Below are positions 8,501 through 19,132 of a stretch of 64,000 bases of DNA, in pieces. The position numbers and the translations under genes were made by a program. The DNA comes from a virus (Duplodnaviria > Caudoviricetes), in the IMG/VR virus record IMGVR_UViG_2716884858_000003, positions 50,479 to 114,478 of that record. One strand, written 5' to 3'. Under the pieces are notes generated by a model. That model was not told the origin of the DNA, ran no database searches, and worked only from the letters and a program-made list of their open reading frames with translations. The first letter of the stretch is position 1; each line of letters begins with the position of its first letter.

Positions 8501-11500
8501 TGCCGCCGGTGCCCTTGGCGGCGCCGCCGGTGGCGAAGGCGAGGAAGACCAGGGCGTCGCCGGTGTTGACCACTCCGCTGCCCGGCAGGGTGATGGTCTG
8601 GCCGGAGGCCAGCATGTTGTCGTACGTGCCGGTGCCGAACTTCGGCAGTGTGACGGTGGCGCCGTCGACGGTGACGGTCTTGTTGCTCTGCCAGCCCGAC
8701 GTGCTCGTCAGGTCGGATGAGTTGATGCTGTTGCCGGAGCCGTCGGCGTCCGCTGTGCTGGTTGTGGTGGTGAAGGTGCTGGTGGCGGTGTTGTTCAGGC
8801 AGCTGCTGGTGTCGTTGATCGCGCACGTGAGTGCCGAGCCGAGGCGCAGTACGTCGATGCCGGCCTGGTAGCCGGTGGAACTGGGGTTCTTGCCGCTCAG
8901 AGTGAGGGTGAGGGTGTGTACGCCTTGTTTGAGGGTGAGCAGCTGGCCGCCGGCGTCCTTGGGGATGCCGAGGTTGAGGAACTGGGTGGTGGTGTAGGAG
9001 TTGTAGGCGTCGAAGCCGCTGATCAGGGTGGACTGGGTGCTCTGGCCCGCGTCCAGGACCAGGCGGTAGATCCCGTAGTCCTTGCCCTTGGTCAGGTTCG
9101 CTCCGAAGCTCCAGGGGCCGTCCTTGGGGATGTCGAAGCTGAAGGTGGCGCTGTCACCGCTGATGACCTTCGAGGTGGTGCTCTTGTTGGCGAGCATGGC
9201 CTGGTAGCCGTCGGCGAAGTCGTAGCCGCTGAAGGCCGCCTGGCTGATCAGCTGGCCGCCGGTGCTGGTGGTCGTGGCCTTGGGTACGGCAGTGGTGGTG
9301 CCGTCAGTGTTGGTCGCGGTCCAGCCGCTGATCATCTTGTCGCCGTAGGCGTAGGTCGGGGTGCTGGTCCCAGCGTAGAAGACGTAGGACGTCTCGGAGA
9401 GGGACGTCGAGCCGGCCTGGTCCACCGCCTTGGCGTACAGCGTGTGAGGTCCGGCCGAGCCGGGGGCGAAAACGGGGGAGGCACTGCCGTTGAGGACCGA
9501 GGTCCCGGTGCCGGGACCGTTGTCGGACGTGGCGTAGTAGATGTTGCCCTTTGTGATTTTCGTGCTTGCTGTCAAGTGGATGACGCCGCTGCTGGTGTAC
9601 ACCGTGCTGGCGAGTGTGGCGTCCAGGGAGAACAGGTAGCCGGTGATGTTGTTGGTGTGGTTGTTGCCCAGGACGAAGGTGCCCTGGTCGCCGAAGGCGG
9701 CGCCGATCTGCTTGGCGGGGAACTGACTGGAGGTCACCGTGGGGGAGGGTGGGGCGCTGGTGTCCACGGTGAAGGTCTGGGTCTTGGTCCAGATGCCGGA
9801 GCCGGGGCCGACCCAGTAGCCTGCCGCGTTCTGTGCGGTGGCCTTCCAGGTGTAGGTGCCGTCCGGCAGGTGCGGGGTTGTCCAGTCGCTGCCGTTGGTG
9901 TTGTAGCGTGCGCGTTTTTTGGAGTCGAGGTTGGGGCCGAAGCCCTGGCCCACGAGGGTGCCTGAGGAGTTGTAGACGCTGTAGTCGATGCGCACCAGCT
10001 CGCTGCCGCCGGCCAGGTCGGGGTCGACCGCGCGGGCGGACAGCGTCGGGGTGTGGGTGGTGGTCATCGTCTTGCCCGAGCTGACGATGGACGGCTTGAT
10101 GGCGGGGGTACCGGTGCCGTTCTTGAGCTTGGGCCGGTAGCTGTAGGTGACCGACAGGGTGGCGCCCCCGCCGTAGGCGAGCTGCTTCCACTGGTAGGGG
10201 TCGTTCATGTCGGGCGACTGGACCATCAGCGTCATGCTGCTCCAGCTGCCGCCCGCCGCGCTCTGGGCCCGGGAGGTGACATCGAACTCCAGCGACGGCG
10301 GGCTGACCCAGGAGTTGGACCCCTCTTTGACCGGGCAGGTGCCGGCCTCCTTGCTCTTCGGGTCGGTGCCGAGGGCGCCGGTGCGCCCGCCGGGCTCATG
10401 CCCCCAGTACAGCGAGGAGGAGTTCCATCCGGCGGGGCGGTCGGTGCCGTAGACGGCGGCCGGGGTGTCGTCGCAGGAGGCGGCGGAGAGCTGGGTCACG
10501 TACAGCGAGGCATGACTGACCACGGCGCCCTTGATGCCGCTGGTGTTGATCTGGTAGTAGGTGCGGGCGCGCTCACCGTTGCCGGGGGCGGTGTTGTCCC
10601 ATCCCTCCCGGGCGTTGGTCGCTCCGCTGGTGGACGTCGAGTTGTAGACGTTCCACCCGTTGTCGGAGATCCGGGCCCAGTCCAGCTGGGAGGGCCTGCC
10701 GCTCCACTCCGGGTCCACGTAGACCGGGTAGGTGGTGGTCTTGGCGGTGAGCAGGGACTTGTCCAGGCCGAGCAGCTGCTTGCCGTGCTTGAGAGTCACA
10801 TGCACCCGGGCACGGTGCGTGCCGACCCTGGCTGCGGCGGTGTGCTCGGCCCGCGCGGCAGAGACGGTCGCCGTCCGGGCGAGCGCCTTGCCTCCGGCCT
10901 TCTGGCCGGTGCTGTCCCACATCAGCGCGGTGTCGCTGTGGAACACCGTCTTACCGGTCTGCTTGTCGGTGGCCTGGGCGCCGCCGTTCGCGGTGGCGGC
11001 CAGCTTGAGGTTGGCCGCAGTGGTGTTCCATGCGAGGCTTTGCAGCCGCGGATCGGCTGCGGCCTTGGGGGTCTTGACCACCAGGATCGAGGAGTAGCCG
11101 GAGGCGTCCGCGGTCAGCTGGAGGTCGACCCCGGGCAGCACCTCCGGGTAGGTGGCGGTGTCTTTGGAGATCACCGGTTTGGGGAGTGCGCCCGGCCAGG
11201 AGAAGCCCAGCTTGTCGGCCCCGTCGCGCATCGTGACCAGCGCGCCGGAGCCACCGTCGGAGAAGGCCACGTGCGTGACGGCGGCCTTGGGTGCCCAGGT
11301 CCCGTCCGGCTGCCGCACCAGGGTGGTGTCGATGGGGACCCATTTGCCTTGCTGCTGCACACGCTGGGGCATCGAGGTATCGGTCCGGGTGAAGGTGCCG
11401 TCCGGGTTGGCCACCACCTGGGTCCCGGTGCCGGTGAGCTGGTTGATGGTCACCGGCTGGCCGGTCGCCTTCGCCTGCGCGGACGCCGACTCCGTGGGGT

Positions 11501-11696
11501 TGAGGCGCCTGGCCGCGGGCTGGGCGCGGTCGCTTGGCGACGTGGCCTGGTGTGAGGAGGCCGGCGCGTCGGATGCGGCGTGGGCCGGTGCCGTGGCGGC
11601 CAGTGATCCGGCAGCCAGGGTGGCGACGACGGCGGCGGCGATCGGTCTCGACGTGGGGCGTCTGGACGCGTGCACGGTTTTGCGAGAAGCGGACAT
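5517..11696 (-). CDS. Large secreted RHS-associated protein with degenerate SGNH-like domain and two C-terminal LamG-like domains (2059 aa)
   Basis: Signal peptide ending AHA; ANPDGT..W.PIDTTL..YPVYVDP N-region typical of actinobacterial RHS partners; duplicated YTVSAWVK..WTHL..LYQNG..LTIGG domains. Confidence 0.85.
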   Translation of the reverse strand: MSASRKTVHASRRPTSRPIAAAVVATLAAGSLAATAPAHAASDAPASSHQATSPSDRAQPAARRLNPTESASAQAKATGQPVTINQLTGTGTQVVANPDGTFTRTDTSMPQRVQQQGKWVPIDTTLVRQPDGTWAPKAAVTHVAFSDGGSGALVTMRDGADKLGFSWPGALPKPVISKDTATYPEVLPGVDLQLTADASGYSSILVVKTPKAAADPRLQSLAWNTTAANLKLAATANGGAQATDKQTGKTVFHSDTALMWDSTGQKAGGKALARTATVSAARAEHTAAARVGTHRARVHVTLKHGKQLLGLDKSLLTAKTTTYPVYVDPEWSGRPSQLDWARISDNGWNVYNSTSTSGATNAREGWDNTAPGNGERARTYYQINTSGIKGAVVSHASLYVTQLSAASCDDTPAAVYGTDRPAGWNSSSLYWGHEPGGRTGALGTDPKSKEAGTCPVKEGSNSWVSPPSLEFDVTSRAQSAAGGSWSSMTLMVQSPDMNDPYQWKQLAYGGGATLSVTYSYRPKLKNGTGTPAIKPSIVSSGKTMTTTHTPTLSARAVDPDLAGGSELVRIDYSVYNSSGTLVGQGFGPNLDSKKRARYNTNGSDWTTPHLPDGTYTWKATAQNAAGYWVGPGSGIWTKTQTFTVDTSAPPSPTVTSSQFPAKQIGAAFGDQGTFVLGNNHTNNITGYLFSLDATLASTVYTSSGVIHLTASTKITKGNIYYATSDNGPGTGTSVLNGSASPVFAPGSAGPHTLYAKAVDQAGSTSLSETSYVFYAGTSTPTYAYGDKMISGWTATNTDGTTTAVPKATTTSTGGQLISQAAFSGYDFADGYQAMLANKSTTSKVISGDSATFSFDIPKDGPWSFGANLTKGKDYGIYRLVLDAGQSTQSTLISGFDAYNSYTTTQFLNLGIPKDAGGQLLTLKQGVHTLTLTLSGKNPSSTGYQAGIDVLRLGSALTCAINDTSSCLNNTATSTFTTTTSTADADGSGNSINSSDLTSTSGWQSNKTVTVDGATVTLPKFGTGTYDNMLASGQTITLPGSGVVNTGDALVFLAFATGGAAKGTGGTITYAKNNCADQNNPFDQPYQLDTVPDWLSGPASAASISLVHENHSNNTQTSPSPGPKIYAISVPLQCPGSVVSSISLPLFTNGVQAGQPSLHVLGLGLRPMTLTGGSSPQHWVGTWASVQDTAKVQQSNGNTASINAGQTLRIPAHVSVGTDTGNGVRIHLSNAMGTTPVTFDAASVALQDTTAGGATATATPTPLTFGTPASPSVTIPAGGDATSNPVTLPVTQQATVLISLQVHGSTSAMPGHAVAQTPVWASDAANRTSDTAATNYTQTTYTGLPYLTGIDVTTPSYTPTSTPTGSLVLYGDQSINGDTAGSSNSPYHLSDAITNALVSDTNGDNSVDYGVLNAGTNSTSLSNNLLPQITNSVVPKDALNPVDRNVLAQGNVRTVLVSTGAADLLNCTSDARTCATNVENGLASLNSQLSSYYTDDSQTYDANNNPITQNSNITVYLATIPPFTAAHPGTATQESARQLVNGYLFDSFSTQVIDFAAAVSTDGNTTSSTVKAADLSGGNPSNAYYTDLASQYLNDTNTVVDIKPNLIVPLATGSDTPEDDWELATDGTDSNTDNPLTAVGSATFSSDGPNAVNAGAGSASFDGSTGFLESDHTAVNTSGDYTISAWVKINSDVGATAICQGTSQHQALYIGYDSGNKGWMFQTTTTNDASADFPTAEGDSNTAAVGTWAHLLVTYTAPVDGDSSTGVMSLYQNGTLMGTANNVTPQYDSSMPLTIGGCVNSVDATTPYAAFPGSVADVHTYPYAMPSDQAGADSVIVPAGWGNGMPEDEWKLATSGTDTAALNPFTASGSATYGTDAPSGMAGSVAFDGNTGFLKSKQSAVNTLGDYTVSAWVKINSALGTTAVCQGTTQHQAFYISYDKPSGAWMFQTTTTNDENSDFPTAEGDPNTGPIGTWTHLVAAYRAPVAGKSGTGSMALYQNGTLMGTATNLSPQYDSSMPLTIGGCVNSAAATSPYLAFPGSVADLHVYPRTLSATEVGALH

Positions 11697-12034
11697 CGCG
11701 GTTGGGGTCCTTCGCGGGTTTCATGCGGTTCCCCCCGTGGGCCCCGCGCCGCTGTGCATTCTGTGTGGCTGGTGTGTGCGGGGTCCATCGTCCATGGATT
11801 GCCAAGTGCCCGTCTGTGGTTCGTTTTTGACGCATTGGGGTCAACTTGAGTTCCAGTTTGGGTGATTCCTTTGTTCTTCCTGTGGAGATACTTTGCGTAT
11901 CGGGTCGATCTCAGGCCGTAGCGTGAGCCCCCGCGGGGGACTTGATCGACGTGTGCCTCCGTTTTGACGTGCACTCAAATCGCCGCAGTTGAGGGGAACT
12001 TGGGCGGTTCGGGGCTGGGGAGGGGACGCACAGC

Positions 12035-15000
12035 ATGGCGGGGATTTCGGGGTGGAGACGCGGTCGGGCGGCCTGGGCTGCCCGGAGGGTTCGTCGCACG
12101 GCAGTGGTGATGGCCGGTGCCTTGGTGGTGGGCCTGCTGCCCGCCGGCGTGGCCGCGGCCACGCCGGTGAAGCCGCACGTGGCGGCTCCCGCCGCTCCGC
12201 ACAACAAACGGGTTCCCTTGGCCCGGCCCTGGCCCAAGCGGAGTTCATCTCCCAAGCGGTTCAAGCACTTCGACCCCAGCGGGCACACGAAGCTCCCCTC
12301 GCCGGGCAGCGCCGTGGTGACCCTGCCCAACGCGGCTGCCTCCGCGAGCCTGAGCGCCAAGGCGGCTCAGGTACGGGCCGGAAATCTGCCTGTCCTGCTC
12401 GGTGCTGCCGCGGGCTCGCAGGCCCGGTCTGCCGCCGTCATCGGGTCGCAGCGGGTACGGGTGACGATGCTGGCCCAGACGTCCGCGCGCGCGGCCGGTG
12501 TCCACGGTGTGCTGTTCACGCTGCAGCGCACCAGCCCGGGGAGCGGGAAGGTCGCGCTGCGGGTGGACGACTCCTCGTTCCGCTACGCCTTCGGCGGTGA
12601 CTTCGCCTCGCGCCTGCACTTGGTTCAGCTGCCCGCCTGTGCGCTGACCACGCCGAAGCTGGCCAAGTGTCAGGCTCAGGCCGCGGTGCGCACCACCCCC
12701 GGAACGCCGCTGACCGCCCAGGTCTCGGTGCCGGGCTCTTCCGCCGCCTCCGGCACGGGGGTCTCTCCTCGCTCGGCAACGGCTGCGTCCAGTGCGATGG
12801 TCGTCATGGCGGCGACCGCAGGCTCTTCCGGGTCATCCGGTGACTACTCGGCGACCGCTCTGTCGCCGGGCGGCTCCTGGTCGACCTCGGGGAACACCGG
12901 CGCGTTCACCTACAGCTACCCGATCGCCGTGCCGCGGGCGATCGGCGGAGCGGCCCCGAATGTGGACCTGTCGTACAGCTCCGCCAGCCAGGACGCGCGC
13001 ACCGAGGGGACGAACAATCAGCCCTCGTGGCTGGGTGACGGCTGGACCTCGACGGAGAACTACGTCGAGCGCACCTACAAGTCGTGCGACGACGACTCCT
13101 CGTCCGGCGCGCCGAAGAACGACGGCGACGAGTGCTGGGCGGGGCAGATCCTGACCCTGTCGCTGAACGGCACCTCCACCGACATCGTCTATGACGACGC
13201 GACCAAGACCTTCCGTCCCGCCGACGACAACTCCACCACCAAGATCGAGGACCTGAGCAACGGCACGAACGGCACCAAGAACGGTGAGTACTTCAAGGTC
13301 ACCGAGGGTGGCGTGCAGTACTTCTTCGGCCTCAACCGCCTGCCGGGCTGGTCCAGCGGCAAGGACGAGACGAAGTCCGTGTGGACCGTGCCGGTGTACC
13401 ACGCGCACAGCGGAGTGTCCGACTGCCCGGACAGCACCGACTTCGCCTCCACCTCCTGCACGCTGGGCTACCGCTTCAACCTGGACTACGCGGTCGACAC
13501 CCACGGCAACGCCACCGCCTGGTACTACACGCCGGAGACCGGCTACTACGGCGCGGACCTGAAGGACACCGCGGTGCCCTACACCCGCGGCGGCACCCTG
13601 TCCCGCATCGACTACGGCATGACCGCCACAACGATCTACTCCGGCACGGCGCCGGAGCAGATCGTGTTCGACGCCTCCGCCGAACGCTGCATCGCCGGCA
13701 CGCCCTCCGGCAACACCTGCGCGGAAAACCAGTTCACGACCGCCAACGCCGCGTACTGGCCGGATGTGCCGATCGACCTCAACTGCACCAAGGACTCCAC
13801 CACCTGTACCAACCACGGCCCGAGCTTCTGGTCGCGCAAGCGCCTGACGTCGATCACCACCCAGATCCAGACCGGCGGGGCGACCCAGCAGGTCGACAAG
13901 TACAGCTTCATCCAGTCCTTCCCCGACGGCGGCGACCACGCCCCCACTCTGTGGCTGGACTCCATCCAGCACACCGGCCTGGACACTCTCGGCGGTGCAT
14001 CGGGCAGCACCTCCACACCGGCAGTGAACTTCGACCCACCGCTGCAGCTGCCCAACCGGGTCGGAACCATCCCGCAGATGCCGCTGATGTACCACGACCG
14101 CATCCAGACGGTCACCAGCGAGACCGGCGCCCAGACCACCGTCACCTACGACCGTCCCAACTGCTCCAGCGCCCCGGCCAGTGACCCCAACGACCCGACG
14201 GACGCGGCCGCCCGGACCTTCGCGTCGACCAACACACTGTCGTGCTTCCCGGTGTATTGGACGCCCGACGGGCAGCCGGCGCCGTGGATGGACTGGTTCT
14301 ACAAGTACAAGGTCACCGCAGTCGTCACCGAAGATAAGCACAACTCCTATCAGGACGGCACCGAGCCCAAGCTGGAGACGGACTACGCCTACAAGGGCAG
14401 CCCCGGCTGGCACTACGACGACAACGAGGTCGTCAAGGCCAAGTACCGCACCTGGGGACAGTTCCGGGGCTACCCGGAGGTAGACGTCACTACCGGTGAC
14501 CCCAGTGTGTTCCACCTGACCGACGGCGCCAACGTCTACGACCAGAAAACCCTGAGTAAGACCTACTACTTCCTGGGCATGAACGGCGACACTCTGCCCG
14601 GCGGGAAGACCCGCTCGGTGCCGGCGCTGACCAGCCAGGACGGTGCGACCTCCGTCGCGGACGACAAGGCGCTGGCCGGGCAGGTCTTCGAGACCGACAC
14701 CTACGCCAGCGCCACCGGCAGCCTGAATGCAGCCACCGTCACCGTGCCCACGATCATCGGGCCCACGGCCTCCCGGTCCCGCAGCGGCCTGCCGGACCTC
14801 ACAGGGCAGATGGTCCGCACCGTCAAAAGCCTCACCCGGCAGGTGGTCTCCTCCGGCTGGCGCAAGACCGAGACCGACACCTTCTACAACACCACCCTGG
14901 GCAAGCCGACGACCGGCATGCCCGTCCAGGCCGACGACCGCGGCGAGACCGCAGCCAGCGACAACGTCACCAGCTGCACGTACAACCGCTACGTCACCGG

Positions 15001-18000
15001 CAGCGTGGACACCCTCGTACTGCCTGCCGAGACCATCGCCACCGACCAGGACTGTTCCGCAGCCGGAGCGACTCCCGGCGGCACACTGATCTCCGACGTC
15101 CGCACCTCCTACGACAGCAACGCCTTCACCTACGACGGGGACGGCCAGCAGAACCCGACGCTTCCCAAGACCGGTGACGTCACCCTGGTCCAGAAAGCGT
15201 CCGCTGCCACCGGCGCCACCGCGACCGCGTTCGTCGACGAGTCATCCGTCACCTACGACGGCTACGGCCGCGTCACACTGACCACACGCACGCCCCACTC
15301 CACCGCTCCCAACGGCGCCAGCCTGTCCCAAAACACCGCCACCGGCTACACGCCGGCCACGGGAGAGCTCCCGACCGGCATCGTCACCGCCACCCAGGTC
15401 ACCCCCGGAGCCACCTGCACCACCGCCACGACCAGCTCCAAGGACTGCCAGGTCGCCACCAGCACCATGGACCCGGCCCGCGCCCAGCCCACCGCCCAGA
15501 CAAATGCGGCCGGCCGGCTCACCTCACTCACCTACGACGCGCTCGGCCGCCTCAATGGGGCATGGCTACCCAACGAGAGCAAGATCAACGGCGCGCCCGC
15601 GAACACGACCTACACCTACAGCCTGTCCCAGACAGGACCCTCGATCGTTGCCGCCAACTCTCTCCTGGACAACGACAGCTACGCGACCACCGAAACGCTG
15701 TACGACGCCATGCTGCGCCCCCTGCAGACGCAGGCGACCGCAGAGAACTCGAGCATGACGGTCAGCGACACCCAGTACGACTCGCACGGCTGGACCGTTG
15801 TCACCAACAACGCCTACAACGTCGCGGGCAGCCCCCGCAACATCCCGGTCCCCGTCTCCCAGCTGAGCATCCCCGACGCCACCGTCACCGACCACGACGG
15901 AATGGGCCGCGCAGACCTGGTCACCGAGCAGCACAACGGCCTCAAGACCTGGGCCACGACCACCGCCTACACCGGAGACAAGACCACCGTCCTGCCCCCC
16001 AAGGGCGGCGCGGCCACCACCACGGTCGTCAACGCACGCGGCCAGAGCACCGAACTCGACCAGTACAGCACCGCCCCCACCCTCTCCGGCACCGCGGCCA
16101 ACGGGTTCACCGCCACCGGCGGCACCCCCTCACCCACCACCTATGGCTACGACGCCGCCGGACAGCAGCACCAGGTCACCGGCCCCGACCACACCATATG
16201 GACGTTCAACTACGACCTGCTCGGACGCAAGACATCCCAGAACGACCCGGACGTGGGCAAGAGCAGCTACGGCTACGACGACGCCGGCAACCTCGTGTCC
16301 ACCACCGACGACGCCAAGCAGATCGAACTCGACTACACCTACGACCTCCTGGGCCGCAAACTCACCGGCAGCGACAAGTCGAAGTCCAACTTCCAGTTCG
16401 CCTCCTGGCTGTACGACACGAAGCGCATCGGCCTGCCGACCTCCTCGACCCGCTACGTCCAGGGCACCACTGGCGGCTACACGATCGCCGCCACCGGCTA
16501 CACCGCCCTCGGCAAGCCGACCGGCACGACGATCACCCTGCCGGCCTCCGAGACGCCGCTGCCGTCGACCTACACAACGACCTACACCTACACCATCAAC
16601 AACCAGCTGCTCCAGACCCAGACGGACCCGCGTACCCAGGGGCTGACAAGCGAGGGCATCACCTACGACCACGACGTTCTGGGCAACCCGACGAAAACCA
16701 GCAGCAGCGCCAACATCTACGTCGATTCGACCGTCTACACGGACTTCGGTACACCGTCCGTGATCACCCAGGGCGCCTCGACCAACCCGGCCTGGACCAC
16801 CTACGACTACGACGCCCAGACACGCCGACTGACCGACCGCGTGATCAAACGGACCCAGGCTCCCGGCCCGACAGTCGATGACACCAAGTACTTCTACGAC
16901 GCCTCCGGTAATCCGACCTCCATCACCGACCTGCAGTCGGAGACCGGTAACACCGTCACCGACCAGCAGTGCTACAGCTACGACGCCCTGGACCGGCTCA
17001 CGGATGCCTGGACCGGCAATAACTGCACTGTCAACCCGCCCACGGCCGGCACCCTCACCACAACGCCCGGCTCCTACTGGCAGTCCTTCAGCTACGACGC
17101 CATAGGCAACCGCCACCAGAGCGTCGACCACGCCATCGGCAGCTCCGGCACCACCGCCACCACCACCTACAACAACGGGTGCACCGCCAACTGCAACTCC
17201 ACCGGCGCCCAGCCCCACACCCTCACCGCCACCACCGGCGGCACCAACCCCACGACCTTCGGCTACGACGAAAACGGCAACCTGCACACCCGCACCCCCA
17301 CCACCGGACCCGGCCAGACCCTGACCTGGGACGACGAAGGCCACCTGGCCCAGGTGGACACGGGCGGCTCCACCCCCACGACCACCAAGTACCTCTACGA
17401 CGCCGACGGCAACCAGCTCATCCGCCGCGACCCCGGCCAGACCACCCTCTTCGCCGGCGACACCCAGATCGTCGTCAACACCAGCGTCACCCCCAACGTC
17501 CTCCTCGGCGCCGTCCGCACCTACACCCACGGCGGCGCCGGGACCCCCGTGGCCGTCCACTCCAGCCTCGCAAACGGCGGAGTGAAGTACCTCTTCAACG
17601 ACCCCAACGGCACCGCGACCCTCTCGATGGACACCACCACCCAGCAGGTCGCCCGCCAGCAGAACACCCCCTACGGCCAGCCACGAGCCAGCTCCAACAC
17701 CACCACCTGGCCCGACCCCACCCACTCCTACCTCGGCAAACCCCAGGACACCACCACCGGCTACACCGACGTCGGCGCCCGCAAATACGACCCCACCCTG
17801 GGCCGCTTCATCAGCGCCGACCCACTCCTCCAGCCAGCCAGCCCGCAGTCACTCGGCGGCTACACCTACGCAGACGACAACCCCCTCACCAACAGCGACC
17901 CAAGCGGCCTGATGGCCTGCGCAAGCCCTGACGAGTGCGGTGGCGGAGCCCAGTACGGCAACAACACCCCAACCCTGAACAGTGGCGGCAAGGCGCTCAA

Positions 18001-18772
18001 CGACGCTTCCTGGGGCTGCAACGGCTGTGACGTTGTCAACAGCTCCAACAGCGACCCGAACAACCAGGGAGAGGTGGACGCCAGCAGACGCCACGCTGCC
18101 AGCGCTGCCTTCCACAAGAAATACATGGAGATCTACCCGCAGGTCTTCATCCCCCGCAACTGGAAATACGCCAACCAGTTCGCCAAGATCTTCAACCAAG
18201 AGACCGACACCGCGTGCCGGGACTTTGGTTGGGACTGCCTGGCTAACCCGCAGGACGCTTCAGAAGACGAGGCCAACCAGCACATCCTTACCCACCTGAA
18301 ATTCCTCACCTGCGCGGCACTCGGCCACGGAACCGGCTGCCTGGGTAAGACTGGTACCTCCATTGGGATGGCCGCAGCGGCTATCTTCGCACTCACAGGG
18401 GGAGGCGGCGAAGGTCATGGCCTGGGCGGTTTCAAGGTTGGTGTGACCTCGGATGAAATCGCGCAGATAAATCGTGGATTTGGCGGAGAGACGCTTATGG
18501 GTACTGCCTCGCCTACGGGGACAATGCTTACCGCAAGTATGTACGACAGCTTCTGGGATAAGGCGGCGGTTGTGATCCGCGATATTGCTGGAGGGCACAT
18601 GTTCAACAATGGGAATAAGCGGACCGCGCAAGCTACTGTGGAGCGGTTGATGGAGCGCAACGGGATTGTCAGTGGCCCGACCTCGGGCGACCTGCGGAGC
18701 GTTATTGATAGGGTTGGGAAGGGTCAGCTACGCGAAGTGGATGACATTTCGTCCGCGCTGAGGGGCTATTAG
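12035..18772 (+). CDS. RHS/YD-repeat polymorphic toxin with C-terminal Fic/Doc-like domain (2245 aa)
   Basis: Signal peptide, YD repeats, core GARKYDPTLGRFISADP..YADDNPLTNSDPSGL, terminal HMFNNGNKR motif, GC drop in last ~400 bp. Confidence 0.93.
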   Translation: MAGISGWRRGRAAWAARRVRRTAVVMAGALVVGLLPAGVAAATPVKPHVAAPAAPHNKRVPLARPWPKRSSSPKRFKHFDPSGHTKLPSPGSAVVTLPNAAASASLSAKAAQVRAGNLPVLLGAAAGSQARSAAVIGSQRVRVTMLAQTSARAAGVHGVLFTLQRTSPGSGKVALRVDDSSFRYAFGGDFASRLHLVQLPACALTTPKLAKCQAQAAVRTTPGTPLTAQVSVPGSSAASGTGVSPRSATAASSAMVVMAATAGSSGSSGDYSATALSPGGSWSTSGNTGAFTYSYPIAVPRAIGGAAPNVDLSYSSASQDARTEGTNNQPSWLGDGWTSTENYVERTYKSCDDDSSSGAPKNDGDECWAGQILTLSLNGTSTDIVYDDATKTFRPADDNSTTKIEDLSNGTNGTKNGEYFKVTEGGVQYFFGLNRLPGWSSGKDETKSVWTVPVYHAHSGVSDCPDSTDFASTSCTLGYRFNLDYAVDTHGNATAWYYTPETGYYGADLKDTAVPYTRGGTLSRIDYGMTATTIYSGTAPEQIVFDASAERCIAGTPSGNTCAENQFTTANAAYWPDVPIDLNCTKDSTTCTNHGPSFWSRKRLTSITTQIQTGGATQQVDKYSFIQSFPDGGDHAPTLWLDSIQHTGLDTLGGASGSTSTPAVNFDPPLQLPNRVGTIPQMPLMYHDRIQTVTSETGAQTTVTYDRPNCSSAPASDPNDPTDAAARTFASTNTLSCFPVYWTPDGQPAPWMDWFYKYKVTAVVTEDKHNSYQDGTEPKLETDYAYKGSPGWHYDDNEVVKAKYRTWGQFRGYPEVDVTTGDPSVFHLTDGANVYDQKTLSKTYYFLGMNGDTLPGGKTRSVPALTSQDGATSVADDKALAGQVFETDTYASATGSLNAATVTVPTIIGPTASRSRSGLPDLTGQMVRTVKSLTRQVVSSGWRKTETDTFYNTTLGKPTTGMPVQADDRGETAASDNVTSCTYNRYVTGSVDTLVLPAETIATDQDCSAAGATPGGTLISDVRTSYDSNAFTYDGDGQQNPTLPKTGDVTLVQKASAATGATATAFVDESSVTYDGYGRVTLTTRTPHSTAPNGASLSQNTATGYTPATGELPTGIVTATQVTPGATCTTATTSSKDCQVATSTMDPARAQPTAQTNAAGRLTSLTYDALGRLNGAWLPNESKINGAPANTTYTYSLSQTGPSIVAANSLLDNDSYATTETLYDAMLRPLQTQATAENSSMTVSDTQYDSHGWTVVTNNAYNVAGSPRNIPVPVSQLSIPDATVTDHDGMGRADLVTEQHNGLKTWATTTAYTGDKTTVLPPKGGAATTTVVNARGQSTELDQYSTAPTLSGTAANGFTATGGTPSPTTYGYDAAGQQHQVTGPDHTIWTFNYDLLGRKTSQNDPDVGKSSYGYDDAGNLVSTTDDAKQIELDYTYDLLGRKLTGSDKSKSNFQFASWLYDTKRIGLPTSSTRYVQGTTGGYTIAATGYTALGKPTGTTITLPASETPLPSTYTTTYTYTINNQLLQTQTDPRTQGLTSEGITYDHDVLGNPTKTSSSANIYVDSTVYTDFGTPSVITQGASTNPAWTTYDYDAQTRRLTDRVIKRTQAPGPTVDDTKYFYDASGNPTSITDLQSETGNTVTDQQCYSYDALDRLTDAWTGNNCTVNPPTAGTLTTTPGSYWQSFSYDAIGNRHQSVDHAIGSSGTTATTTYNNGCTANCNSTGAQPHTLTATTGGTNPTTFGYDENGNLHTRTPTTGPGQTLTWDDEGHLAQVDTGGSTPTTTKYLYDADGNQLIRRDPGQTTLFAGDTQIVVNTSVTPNVLLGAVRTYTHGGAGTPVAVHSSLANGGVKYLFNDPNGTATLSMDTTTQQVARQQNTPYGQPRASSNTTTWPDPTHSYLGKPQDTTTGYTDVGARKYDPTLGRFISADPLLQPASPQSLGGYTYADDNPLTNSDPSGLMACASPDECGGGAQYGNNTPTLNSGGKALNDASWGCNGCDVVNSSNSDPNNQGEVDASRRHAASAAFHKKYMEIYPQVFIPRNWKYANQFAKIFNQETDTACRDFGWDCLANPQDASEDEANQHILTHLKFLTCAALGHGTGCLGKTGTSIGMAAAAIFALTGGGGEGHGLGGFKVGVTSDEIAQINRGFGGETLMGTASPTGTMLTASMYDSFWDKAAVVIRDIAGGHMFNNGNKRTAQATVERLMERNGIVSGPTSGDLRSVIDRVGKGQLREVDDISSALRGY

Positions 18773-19029
18773 TGGGAGTGCGCGTAATGGATATCGAGCA
18801 GCTTATGGAAAAGCTCGGCCACTGTGGTGTTACCGTAATCCTCAAGATGGATGATGAGAGGATGGCAGAAAATGGTGAGCCGTGGACAGTGGTCATGTCG
18901 GGAAGAGGTCTAGGGGAGCAGGGATTTATCCGGGCTGAATCATCAAGTCTCGATGATTGCCTGGGGCAGGCGCTCGACCGGCTGCGTGCTCGTCCGGGAG
19001 ACTGGGAATGGCTGGGAGAGATTTCATAA
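18772..19029 (+). CDS. Probable immunity protein (85 aa)
   Basis: Small, lower-GC ORF overlapping the toxin stop (TAGTG). Confidence 0.65.
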   Translation: MGVRVMDIEQLMEKLGHCGVTVILKMDDERMAENGEPWTVVMSGRGLGEQGFIRAESSSLDDCLGQALDRLRARPGDWEWLGEIS

Positions 19030-19132
19030 TTGATGCCGAGCGGGCCCAGTGGAAGTTGGGTGCTCTCTAGGAGTCGTCGCAACATGTGGCTGGTTTGATC
19101 AGGCCGCGAGTAGCTTATGCAGGCAGCTCTGC

